A stretch of DNA of 64,000 nucleotides, taken from NCBI RefSeq assembly GCF_032062105.1, contig NW_026940735.1, positions 124,001 through 188,000 on the forward strand, in the 5' to 3' direction. Position 1 is the first letter of the stretch; each line of letters starts with the position of its first letter. The stretch comes from Saccostrea cucullata (Eukaryota). A model generated the notes under the pieces. The model saw only the letters and a list, made by a program, of their open reading frames with translations, had not been told where the DNA came from and made no database searches. Shown piece by piece: positions 11,801 through 22,232 of the stretch. A program made the translations under genes and the position numbers.

Positions 11801-13867
11801 AAACAGACAGAGAAAAGCAAATCCTTCGTTTGGAGTGAGGATTGCCAAAGTGCTTTCGAAAAGTTAAAATCTACACTGACAAGTGCCCCCATCCTTGCAC
11901 ATCCTGACTTTAGTAAGCCGTTCATATTGGACACGGACGCAAGTAACTTTGCAATGGGAGCAGTATTATCACAAGTGCACGATGGTAAAGAACGTGTGAT
12001 TGCTTACGCCAGCAAGACTTTTACTAAGTCCGAAAGGCAATACTGCGTGACGAGAAAAGAGTTGCTGGCGGCAGTATATTTTACAAAGTATTTTAAGCAT
12101 TACCTCTACGGGCGTAAGTTTATTTTGCGCACAGATCACAGCTCGCTGAGATGGCTGACCAACTTTAAAAATCCAGAGGGTCAGCTTGCTCGCTGGCTTG
12201 AAGTGCTGTCCACGTATGACATAGAGATCCAACATCGACCAGGCAAGCTACACCAAAACGCCGACGCGCTTAGTCGTCTTCCTTGTAAGCAATGTGGATT
12301 CAAAGTAGACTGGGATAAGGAAAAAGGAGAACCCAAAGTAAGAACTGCAACAATAGACGCCCCAGTTATTCAAGAGACTTATCTCCATAGGGTCCAAAGA
12401 GAAGACAAAGAAATTGTTCTTGTAAAACGTTGGATGGATCAGGAAAAGAAACCATCATTTAGAGAAGTTGCCAGTCAAAGTGCATTTCTACGTTCTCTAT
12501 GGTCACAGCTAAGTTTACTTACCATTCAGGACAATTTACTATATCGGAGAACCATAGACCAAGAAACAAAGGCGGAAAAGCTCCAGATAATTGTGCCTAT
12601 GTCTGAGAGAAGGCATATTCTAAAGGAATACCATGACAAGCGTACTGCAGGTCACCTAGGTATAAACAAAACTATCGCAAAGATAAGATGTCAATTTTAT
12701 TGGCCAGGGCTTCACAAAGATGTTCGTCGGTACATAAATGGATGTGACATTTGTGCCAGAAGAAAGCCGTCATTTACTAGCCAGAAAGCGCCGATGCAAA
12801 TTGTTCAGAATGGGTTCCCCATGGATAGATTAGCAACAGATATTATGGGGGAATTGCCATTGACAGAATCTGGAAACAGATACATACTGGTAGTTTCAGA
12901 TTATTTTACTCGCTGGACTGAATGTTTCCCGATGCCAAATATGGAATCAAAAACTGTGGCAAAGATTCTGGTTGAAGAGGTCATCACTAGATTCGGAGTA
13001 CCCTATACAATACACTCAGATCAAGGCCGTCAATACGAGAGTGATTTGTTCCATTCAGTGTGCAAGCTATTGCAAATTGAAAAGACTCGCACTACACCCT
13101 ACCATCCGCAGTCAGATGGTATGGTAGAAAGGTTTAATCGAACCCTTGAAGCCATGTTAAGTTCCTGTGTGAACCAAAATCATACAGATTGGGACGAACA
13201 GTTGCCGTATGTCATGATGGCATATAGATCAGCGGAGCATGACACCACTGGCTTCTCTCCAAACTACCTTATGCTTGGTAGAGAAGCGACAACGCCGCTC
13301 GACCTCGTATACGAAATGGAAGTACAGCGGAAGCCAATACCACAAAATAGATGGGCCTGGTTGCTTCAAGAAAGACTGGAAGAAGCACACCGTATTGTGA
13401 GAGAAAATACTAAAGGGGAAATGATGCGTCAAAAACGCTACCATGACAAGAAGTTACGATGGCAGAGATTCTCCCCTCGAGACCACGTTTACGTATTCTT
13501 TCCTCGCAGACGTATGGGTACATCGCCAAAGCTAACAAGCTTTTGGCAAGGACCTTTCGAAGTCCTAGAAAAATGTTCAGAATTTACGTACAAAGTATTT
13601 TGTGGTAGTAAAGGTTCGCCACAGGTGATTCATGTAGACAGAATGAGGTTGGTTAAACCTCAGATTCTGTCTGGCGAGGTAGAACTAAGTGATTCTGGTG
13701 ATGTCGACCAGAATGAAAATCTCACGTTACAACAAGATCAGTTAGAAGAGTTGGACTTTGATAGAGAGGGTGTTAATGATCCAGAGATCAATCAGAAGCC
13801 CCAAAGATCTAGTAGAAGCAGACGGACTCCTGCTTATTTATCGGATTATGTAGTAGATCTTTGCTAG
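8861..13867 (+). CDS. Gag-Pol polyprotein, 1668 aa
   Basis: Zn knuckle CYNCRKEGHISKHC; protease LIDTGAT; RT YLDD; RNase H LDTDAS; integrase H..GHLG..CDIC with DDE core and GPF motif. No stops or frameshifts. Confidence 0.97.
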   Translation: MSSLDEEIARLEAEITRLGRKTLENSELSSYNHDQKTSTPASIRTTTARRSDSGIMTQSPIEDVNQASAKIQSETPRIDNLEQEPILRSDTPIVAREDEPGVTVRLRRFLENIKTDEAKPKELNSVKKPSNYIKPATYDGTGSWLDYKSHFEACSSLNGWSVREKGLYLAVSLRGQAQGVLGNLSRDDGRNYDELIKALEDRFAPANQTELYRVQLRERRQKATETLPELGQSIRRLTHLAYPTAPNDVQETLSKEQFIDALVDADMRLRIKQARPQSLNDAIRLAAELEAFVRADSRRSEYKSHLRVVTETDHDKAQFKSQINTDELTKTLRDLQSSVMELKTEMREMKNKSPSSMNWTDRNDKKPRQPSRTIKCYNCRKEGHISKHCPSKQLNETTKKFGKSSKAPGHGSGSAQTVRTQRKLQPIAYNRPSEAGMYLSAKIEDVDTKMLIDTGATVTLIAKNVFSEIQKVHQNLVLDSMHQDIMSAEGRPLKLFGKATLTLTIGSSNFVRTVVVADITVDGILGLDFMNEQNCTLDVSKKVMSINGEHYSLLLQGMLGCYRVVASESFTIPPRSEMIASCDVCVPEGKNLPSGYGVVEPRNCLLDSNKGLVGRTLVSNHNKVPIRVMNLSTDAQTIYKGTNMGQLSPVVKILEGENQDSGHKKPFSKELQVLSEKSKTCLNQKQKTEVDNLLSRYAFLFAGSDDGLGRTNVVKHCIDTGDARPIKQPPRRLPVHMREEADRLVDDMLERDVIEPSSSPWASGIVLVKKKDGSTRFCIDYRQLNAVTLKDAYPLPRIDDVLGSLSGASWFSTLDLAMGYWQVEMETSDKIKTAFATRKGLYQFKVMPFGLCNAGATFERLMETVLAGLNWEICLIYLDDIIVISKTFEGMVENLSKVFNRLANAGLKLKTKKCSLFCKSVEYLGHIISEKGITTDPKKIEAIKEMSVPANVSELRSFLGICSYYRKFVKDFASIAKPLHKQTEKSKSFVWSEDCQSAFEKLKSTLTSAPILAHPDFSKPFILDTDASNFAMGAVLSQVHDGKERVIAYASKTFTKSERQYCVTRKELLAAVYFTKYFKHYLYGRKFILRTDHSSLRWLTNFKNPEGQLARWLEVLSTYDIEIQHRPGKLHQNADALSRLPCKQCGFKVDWDKEKGEPKVRTATIDAPVIQETYLHRVQREDKEIVLVKRWMDQEKKPSFREVASQSAFLRSLWSQLSLLTIQDNLLYRRTIDQETKAEKLQIIVPMSERRHILKEYHDKRTAGHLGINKTIAKIRCQFYWPGLHKDVRRYINGCDICARRKPSFTSQKAPMQIVQNGFPMDRLATDIMGELPLTESGNRYILVVSDYFTRWTECFPMPNMESKTVAKILVEEVITRFGVPYTIHSDQGRQYESDLFHSVCKLLQIEKTRTTPYHPQSDGMVERFNRTLEAMLSSCVNQNHTDWDEQLPYVMMAYRSAEHDTTGFSPNYLMLGREATTPLDLVYEMEVQRKPIPQNRWAWLLQERLEEAHRIVRENTKGEMMRQKRYHDKKLRWQRFSPRDHVYVFFPRRRMGTSPKLTSFWQGPFEVLEKCSEFTYKVFCGSKGSPQVIHVDRMRLVKPQILSGEVELSDSGDVDQNENLTLQQDQLEELDFDREGVNDPEINQKPQRSSRSRRTPAYLSDYVVDLC

Positions 13868-14022
13868 ACTGGTTATTGATGTAGTATATGTATATACAGC
13901 TTACCTTGTCAAAGGAATTGACAGCATTCGAATTATTGTAAATAAGAAAAATTGTCTATAATATGCCTCTTTGTTTTATTTTCCTATGCAAGCGAGGACG
14001 CTTGAATCTGAGGCGTGGGTAA

Positions 14023-14639
14023 TGTAACGGAAATAGATAATTAAGGGAAGGAGACGGGGCGTTCCGAAGGGACCCTGAGCTCGTAAAACGCCGAGTGCCC
14101 AGACATTCCGAGTGGGTATGTCACGTGATATACTCATAGTATATATAAGGCGTCGAGACTCGATAGAGTCAGTTTCTGATGCAGTTACTGATGCGATAGA
14201 GTGCTAGAGAAGAAGTCCGGTAGTCCTATATAGTTTGAGATAGACAATAGCGGTAAGTCTGTTCGTAAGTCATGATTGCTATGCGATGTGCAGAACAGTT
14301 TTTACCCAGTAGTATGTAACAGTCTACGTGAGCGTTGCATAAACGGACTTTCTTTATTAATCTAAGAGTAACCTGTCGCTTCTGGGAGAAGCGACGCGCT
14401 GGCGCTTTGGTTGTTACTTTGGGCGCTTCTCGAAGTCACTGCGGACTTAGAAGCCTAACAGATTAGGAGGCGATTTAATCATTTCGTTTATTTGCGTGCT
14501 AGGGAAGCACCCGATATTTGTATATTTTGCATCTGTATATAAGTTCCATTCAACAATCAAATTCCTCAGCAAGGTATCTGAGGGGGCCCTAGACCCTGAG
14601 AAAAATCATATAGTATATGTGTTAGGCAAACACGTTACA
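14023..14639 (+). repeat. 3' LTR
   Basis: Copy of 8125-8741, preceded by an imperfect PPT (GAGGCGTGGGTAA). Confidence 0.97.
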
Positions 14640-16204
14640 CTAGTAAGATGTATTAATATGGAAAAAAAATTAGCAATATAAAATAAGCATTGTTAAATGA
14701 TTAATTGTCGTCGATATATCTAATTGTTAAAGGCCAGGGCAAGATATTTCTTCTTCTTCATTTAGAAGTTTTTGAATGAATTCTTTGTATGAATACAAAA
14801 AAAGGTTTGCTAATAACGGGGCGCAATTGGTACCATAAAAAACTCCGACAGATTGTTGGGAGACTTGATCCCCCAAAACAACAAAGATGTTGTCAACCAG
14901 ACACTTATGCATCTTTTTGATATCAACTTCGGAGTATTTGTGTGTACCACCAGAATGTTTTTAATAAAATAATTTTGCATATTACTAAGGTAATTGAATT
15001 CACGATTCTATTTAAATTTAAAAAAGCAGCAGTCCGAGATGTCAAAAAACAATGACTTTTTATTGGGAAGGATTGTATTAAGTATTGAAAACCCGTACAA
15101 TTTTTGTGTTAATGAATTTTTGTAAACGTTTTAAATGTCAGAGTTCTAAACGTTCCTTGGATTTTTTACGTTCCACATCGAATTAACATCCATTACTGTG
15201 CACTACGACTGAGGTTCCTTTTCACTGGTGTTAAAATTTTGGTGAGGCTTAGTAGAACATTTACTGGAACTCGTCTGGGTCTGTTTGTAAGATTTATTAT
15301 GCCGTTTAGGGCAGTATGCGTAAAGTGATTTAAATTTTATTTGATTGTTGGGAATATTGGAATACTTGTGAATATTTGAAAATGATATATGATTTTGGAG
15401 AATTCCCTCGATAGAGGGGAAGGTGGGGGGGGGGGGGTTAAATTTATTTTTAATATCGATTGCCACTTGCAGAATGAAATCCCAGTTCTCCTAAAATACA
15501 ATTTAGATAATTAGTCTCACAGTTACCTGCTTCAATTGTCATCTAGGACCAAAATGTATTGATTGTGTAATCAAATTCTTTTTTTTTCAATTCTGAATTA
15601 TTAAAGACAGAGGAACAGATTTTCGTATGACTCATCAATCGCTTAATACGAGATTTCAATATATTTCATTTAATGCTTTTAATCCATTCTGATGAAGTAT
15701 CATGCTTAGCCCATCATCTGGCGTATTCTTCCAAAGAATTCATCATATTTGATACAAGTTATAAAATTATGAAGTCACTTCAAAGATCATGTTCTCTAAA
15801 TTTTTACCCTTTTACAATAAATATATTATGTTTTGGATTTTCGATATTCAAACACTGTAGAGGTATTTTATCACAAAAAGTGAAGTTTATAAACAATAGT
15901 CTACGTATATTTGTAGGAATTACAAGGTTTGTACTTTAATTCAAATTTATATTTTGATTTGAAATATGAATAAAAGACAAGGCCTTTTTTAGTAAAGAAT
16001 ATTACATATATTTACTGTGTCAATTTATTGTTTGCAAATTGAAGACTGAGAAACAAATGGGTTACTTAGACAACATTTTCTTCTGTAAAACGTGGCAGTT
16101 TAAAAAGCATAATTATGATTTACAAAATTCATAACCACAAACCCAAGCTTGTATTTTTATCTTGAATAATCCAAATATGGACTTTCTTAGAAACATATGA
16201 ATAT

Positions 16205-16379
16205 AACGAAGAGTATTCAAGATCAAAAGTCCATAAAACAACGAAGAGTATTCAAGATCAAAAGTCCATAAAACAACGAAGAGTATTCAAGATCAAAAGT
16301 CCATAAAACAACGAAGAGTATTCAAGATCAAAAGTCCATAAAACAACGAAGAGTATTCAAGATCAAAAGTCCATAAAAC
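16205..16379 (-). repeat. Five perfect 35-bp tandem copies of the Naiad 3' terminus
   Basis: Unit AACGAAGAGTATTCAAGATCAAAAGTCCATAAAAC x5. Confidence 0.95.
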
Positions 16380-16995
16380 AATACAAAATGGGAGCAAAGC
16401 AAACTCGGACCTCCAAAACATCAGAGGTTGGATCAGGTGCCATGGAGGGTTAAGCATTCTCTGCCGACCGGTCAAACCACCGTGTGCTCCTTGTCATGAT
16501 CGGGAAATAACGGAAAAAATTCAGTGTATAAATAATGGACTAACAATTAGTTAAAAAAAACGTCAGTCAGCGTTTGGCTCAATGATAAATTGTATTTGCT
16601 GATACGGTCATTGTATCGACCATAGAACTTACGAAATGATGACTTCAAACTTGATTGTTGATATTCTTGTTTCATCAACTTATTTGTCAATAATTTACCT
16701 CGTTTTAGAAATTGTTCATACATGGAACATGCTATTGCGTATCGTATCAACTGAGATATATAAACTTCGTATGCAGACGATGAATGTATATTGCTTCATA
16801 AGTAAGGGAAGTTGACGATAGAAAAGTTTAAGTCATCACGTTTATCATAGAGCGTGGTTGTTAGAATACCATTAAAGTCTTTTTAGTTTAAAATATTTAA
16901 ATATGAAACAGATGTGTCAGACTCTGTGGTATCTTTTATCTCAAGCTCACCGGGATATATTGTATCGACATAAGAATGGAAATTGCCACTGTTAA

Positions 16996-17657
16996 GGTAG
17001 TCCGATCCTCAGGTTTATAAAATTAGCAGTTAAGAAATCAAAAATACTCATAAAAGTATCTCTGAATCCAAAAAGTTATGTAAATTTATCCACAGTATTT
17101 CTTTAAAGTAAAAGATTAAAGTTAATCATATTATATAGGGAAAATTGTCAAATCTTTTTGCAGAAAAAGCGAATTGGAATATCAGCAATGCATTTTCTAA
17201 TTGCAGATTGATCAACAAATATATTTTAGGTTAAAAACGATAGGTATCCAGGCATTCAGAGAAATTGTCTTGATTTTTATACTTATTTGGTATTTTTTGT
17301 CTTCTATTTCCGTCATGTATTCTATAATACATAGTGTAAAAGGCTTTTGCTTTCATTGCAAGACACCACAAATCACTTCTTATTTTCATAACATTATAAA
17401 TAAGTATTGGTATCTAAGGCTGGATTAAAGAAAATCTCACTTCTCTAAAACTGTATTAATTTTTTCCATTTTATAGGGTACAAATGTCAACTTTTATAAG
17501 ACCTTTTCTAAGACTTCCAAAAACCTTGAATCTAATAAAGATGAATAAAATGAAAAATGTTGCATGAAAAAAATTCATTTTCAAGCTTCATTTTGATGCA
17601 TTTCAAATTAAATATCAATTTTTGGAGTTATCCTTCCTGGCTGAGGATCAGATATCC
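16996..17657. mobile_element. Kolobok-like MITE inserted in the Naiad RT
   Basis: TTAA TSD (16992-16995, 17658-17661); imperfect TIR GG..TCYGATCCTCAG; excision restores VLSINSGNFHSYVD. Confidence 0.8.
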
Positions 17658-20600
17658 TTAATTGACAATACGTCGACGATATTTCTAAATGTCGTGTTGA
17701 AGGCCATAGCAAGTGTTTTCTTTTTTCACGCATAAGATTTTGCACAAATTCTGCTTCATAGGAATACAAAAATAGGTCGGTTAATAATGGGGCGCAATTA
17801 GTACCTTGGGAATTCCAATAGATTATTGGAAGACTTGGTCTCCAAAAACAACATAGATATTGTCAATCAGAAATTCAAGCATCTTTTTTTATGTCACTTT
17901 CAGAGTACTTGTGTGTACAATCAGGATGTTTTTAACAAAATAATTTTGCAAATGACCAATGACAAAGTAAGTTAATTTACGAGTTCCATTTTTGTTGAAA
18001 AAGCGCTGTCAATGATTAATTTTCAAAAAGCCTGGACTTCAATTTATCGTGGGAAATGGTTGTGTATAAAGTTGAAAAGTCGTACATTTTTAAGCTGTTG
18101 ATTTTGGTAAAATCTTTTGATTTCAAATTGTCCAAAAGTTCCTTGGAATTTTTAAGCATCAATGTCTGATTTACACCACTTCTGGAATATACTGTTGCAC
18201 AGTACTCTTGAAGTTTCTCCGTCATTACTGTAAATGTCTTAGTGAGGAATAAAGAAATAGGCTTAGTTGAACATTTACTGGAACCTGCTTTGCATCTTTT
18301 TGTTAAGGATTCTTATGAAGTTCTGGAATCCAAAATATATGTGGTAGATCAAATTCATATTGGTTCTTTTTTTATTTATTCAAAACTGTCATAAGATTTT
18401 GAAGAATTTCTTCCTTAGAAAGGGAACTATGAGTATAAATAGGAAAACCACTTGCAGAATTAAATCCAAGTTCTTCTGAAATACAATTTATATAATGAGC
18501 CTTATAAACAGAGACAATGTTGTTACCTGCTTTGTCATCAGGGACCAGTACATACTGATCATGTAATCTATCTTTTTTTCACTTCTGGTTTATTGAATAC
18601 AGAAGGATAGATAATTTTCATATTACCTCTCAATCTTTTAATATTTTAACATGGATCTGATACATTTAATCCATTCTGACAAAGTGTCAACGTCTTCTTT
18701 TTCATATCTGGCCTATCGCCTGGCATAATCTTCATCAGAATCCATAATATTTATGAAATTCCGGCGCCAGTTGAAGGATCGGAGTTCCCTATATTTAAGT
18801 CCTTTTAAAATAAGTGATCTAAGGTCCTCATTATTACCTTGATTTGCATCACCTGTAATAACGTGGCCAGCAGGACTATAGTTATAAGGTGAAGAATACG
18901 AACAATGGGGGAATATGTTTCACATACTCGATATCCAGACCAATGAAAGTTTTTTTTTTTTGTAATTAAAAAGTTTTGATGTCGATGTACATGTATATTT
19001 GTAGGAAATACAAGGTGTAGTCTTTAACTTAAAATATGGTGGAATACAAGACTGGACAATTTGTGATTAAGAATAGTATTTATATTAACCGTGTCAATTC
19101 CTTTATTGGCCTATTGAAGTTTAGGGAAAAGACGGATTGTTTTAGCTGCATTTTCTTCGGTAAAAAGAGGGGGGGGGGGAAGCCTATGATTTGCAATACT
19201 GGTATCCATAATCACAGATATATGTTCTATATTCTGCTGTTGAGGAATCAGAAATTGGCATTTCCTTGACATTTTCAAGAAGACTATTTAAAAGTTTCAA
19301 AGGGACAGAGTAGAGTTTGGTTCGAATATGATGTAGACCTAACTGTTGATTTACATAATATAGTAATGAATCAAAAGAGAAATATTGTAACACTGTGGAC
19401 TGGAAAGATACCAACACTAGTGACATCGTCATTTCATCCATAGGGAAAGGCTGTCCCCAGTTTTCTAATCCAAAGTTCTTCTCGTTGACCATTTCAAATA
19501 GGTTATTTAAAATTTTCAAATCGACTAAGTAAAGTTTGGTGCGAACGTGATGAAGGCCTCATCTTTATATTAGGTGTAAGTCATGCCCGACATCTTTTCG
19601 ATACATTTTGATAATTAAAAAAGAGAAAGTTTTCTTCTATTTATCATAATAGAAATTACTATTACTTATTTATTCATTATTTTGCTTTGTTTTGTTTTGA
19701 TTATTGTTTTTTGTAACAAAAGATCCCTGAGATCAAATTGGTCTGAAACTTGCGTATGGTATTTTGAGCATCAAGGATTGTATTCAAAACTCAATGCATG
19801 CTTGCAGGTTCAGAAAAGAGATAAAGGACAATATTGAAGTTGACACTCTGAACAACTAACTTCCCAGAAACAAACATTATATAGCCTCATCCCCCAAATA
19901 AATATCAAAATAAAGTTTTGTTTTACAGGTCAATTCTGCCAAAATAACTTCTCAAGCAAGCAAACTCTCATTCTCTGATTATTCATTTAAATTTTATACT
20001 TTTATGAAAATGCACATGTATATGTTATGAAAAATGATCCTTTAACTGCTTTTATATTTACTGTCAATTCGACAAGTATCATATGACGTAATCGTCGTAA
20101 ATCAATAAAATTTCACTATTAACATACTCGTATCCCCATTTCATTTCTATGTGTAGGATCACAATGACTGTTGCTGATAAAAGATGAAAATTAGGATGTA
20201 TCAACTTCATATATGAATTAATTTCATAACGATATCCACTCTAAATATAGATTTTACTTATAAAATTAACCACTCCCAAGAGCCAAGAGTTGCTTCAAAT
20301 GAAAGAGCTAGATCTTCTCAATTGATCTACGTGCTAAAATACTCCCATCTTATTTAGGCAAGTTACTTTACAATTTTGTAACTGACAGAATTATTTTGAT
20401 ATAAACATTATTACAACTGACATGATAACATTGTTACACGCACTATTAAAGCTATATATGGCGTACTTGAGCTAAAAAAATAAATATACGAGATTAAGTG
20501 TAGATGTACATGATATTGTTATTTAATTACGTTTAAATTCAATTTTTCGCCGATTTTGAACTTAAATATCCCCACTTTTCGATATTTATATTGACTTTAA

Positions 20601-20859
20601 ACTGTGTCTGTTATTTTAATTCCAAGTCTGAAATAACCGGTTATTGTATTAAAGCTGTGATATCTACATGTATGAAACGCGATTGATTTAAATTGTGTAA
20701 TTTTCAGGAAAATCCTATCTTTATAAGAAGTAACAAAACAAATAGAAAGTTCTTTTTAATTTTAGTTAGTCTGAACTTATAAAAAATACGCCATGTATGA
20801 CTTTAAAAGTTACAGGGTAACTTTTTTTTTTTTTTACAAATAAATGTACCATAAATGAC

Positions 20860-21370
20860 ATACTAACTCGGTTACAAGCACTATCATTACTAAGAGCATA
20901 AAACTCTGGTACACTTTCTCATTACTGACAAGATAACGTTACAGAGTAACAGACACTATCATTACTATAACATGATAAGTGTTACAAGCACTATCATAAC
21001 CGACATGATAACTGTTACAGCACTATCATAACTGACATGATAACTATTAGAGGCACTATCATAACTGACATGATAACTATTAGAGGCACTATCATAATTG
21101 ACATGATAACTACATGTATTACATGTACTGACACTATCATAACTGACGTGATAACTGTTATATGTACTGACACTATCATAACTGACGTGATAACTGTTAC
21201 ATGTACTGACACTATCATAACTGACATGATAACCGTTACAGGCATAGTCATACCTAACATATCTGTTACAAGCATTCTTAATACTGACAAGATAATTCTG
21301 TTATAAAAACATATCCTAAAAGATAACTCTGTAATAAACACTATCATAACTGACAGGATTATTTTGTTAC
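20860..21370. repeat. Minisatellite, 33-45-bp units, core CACTATCATAACTGACATGATAACTGTTACA
   Basis: About 13 variably diverged units; accounts for ORFs 21015-21458 and 21037-21306. Confidence 0.9.
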
Positions 21371-21604
21371 CAGCGCAAGAACAAAGAATATTTAGTGAAA
21401 AGGTCATAAGGAATGTAATGTCTTTATTTTTAGAAAAAATGTTATTTTTCCTAGTCAATACATTTTTTTCAGTCGGTAAAGCACGTGGTAATTCATAAAT
21501 ATGAGTCTTAAATTAACACCTGCTACAGTCAAGTTCCTGCTACAGTCAAATTCCTGCAAATTTCAATGCATCTACCTGTATTTATTTGCCTCATTTTTGT
21601 TTAA

Positions 21605-22232
21605 GGGGACCGACTGTAGTTTCCATTGCGCAATATTTCGCGCATCACAGTAAAATGAAGCGTATTTACAGTTTTAAAGCAACTTTTTCACTTAATTAAT
21701 AAAACTAAACAAAATTAAGAAATTAAGGGTCGAAAAATTTTATTATAATTTTAAATAACTGATTTTTAAAATGATTTTTAAACTGACAGGTACATTGGCG
21801 TCGTAATATTTTTGTGTTTTTGACGTTAGATAACGCGATGCTCTTAAAGATGGGATAATAAAAAATGTTATAAAAGAAAAAGTAATAAATATATTCTCTT
21901 GAAATTTAAAACATAGGAATTTGATAATCTCTCCGTCATGTGTATAATTTTTTGTGTAAATCCTTTGTATGCGTCATGTTTTGTAGTAATCTATAAAAAC
22001 AAGGAAATTCGTTATTTTTTGGCATTTTGAGATGCCCCTTCTAGAAACAAGGCGGTAGAATTTTGTGGTTCTTACATATAATGCACAATATAGTATTACT
22101 CATCATACAATATAGTTTGAGCAAAGAGTCTATTGTAGTATTTGTATAATTTGTTTTAAAGTGCGAAAATTTGGCACTTTCCCATATAATCCTAAACTAG
22201 TATTAAATGTACCTGTATTTTGAGACGGTCCC
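21605..22232. mobile_element. Kolobok-like MITE
   Basis: TTAA flanks on both sides; short TIR GGGACCG(A/T)CT. Confidence 0.6.

Larger units (their letters stand above)
8125..14639 (+). mobile_element. Full-length Ty3/Gypsy LTR retrotransposon
   Basis: Two 617-bp LTRs (TGTAAC...GTTACA), CTAG TSD at 8121-8124 and 14640-14643, PBS, and a single gag-pol ORF in PR-RT-RH-IN order. Confidence 0.98.
7795..15960 (-). mobile_element. Decayed Naiad RT (7795-8124 and 14640-15960) split by the Gypsy insertion
   Basis: Removing 8125-14643 restores ILLEKDMNGNLTTKLHDKHDD. The right part has VDNIFVVLGDQVSQQSVG..GTNCAPLLANLFLYSY and SSSKCSTKP. Confidence 0.85.
16190..19490 (-). mobile_element. Decayed Naiad Penelope-like retroelement (GIY-YIG end, CxC linker, RT, 3' UTR)
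   Basis: In element 5'->3' order: REELWIRKLGTAFPYG*ND (~19484-19428), CSYSSPYNYSPAGHVITGD (~18904-18848), YDFSTLYTTISH, TNCAPLL, catalytic region NIVDVLSIN, IRYAIACSMYEQFLKRGKLLTNKL..FRKFYGRY, then the 3' UTR. Confidence 0.85.

Noticed and set aside
8125-14639. Identity with Steamer, or an env-bearing retrovirus
   Set aside because: LTR length, Lys PBS and 4-bp TSD differ from Steamer as I recall it, and only ~155 bp separate the pol stop from the 3' LTR, leaving no room for env.
16205-16379. CRISPR-like array
   Set aside because: Units are contiguous with no spacers, derive from a retroelement end, and lie in eukaryotic DNA with no cas genes.
16420-16490. Hammerhead ribozyme or SECIS in the Naiad 3' motif
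   Set aside because: No CTGATGA...GAAA core and no ATGA/GA quartet seen; kept only as an unclassified structure candidate.
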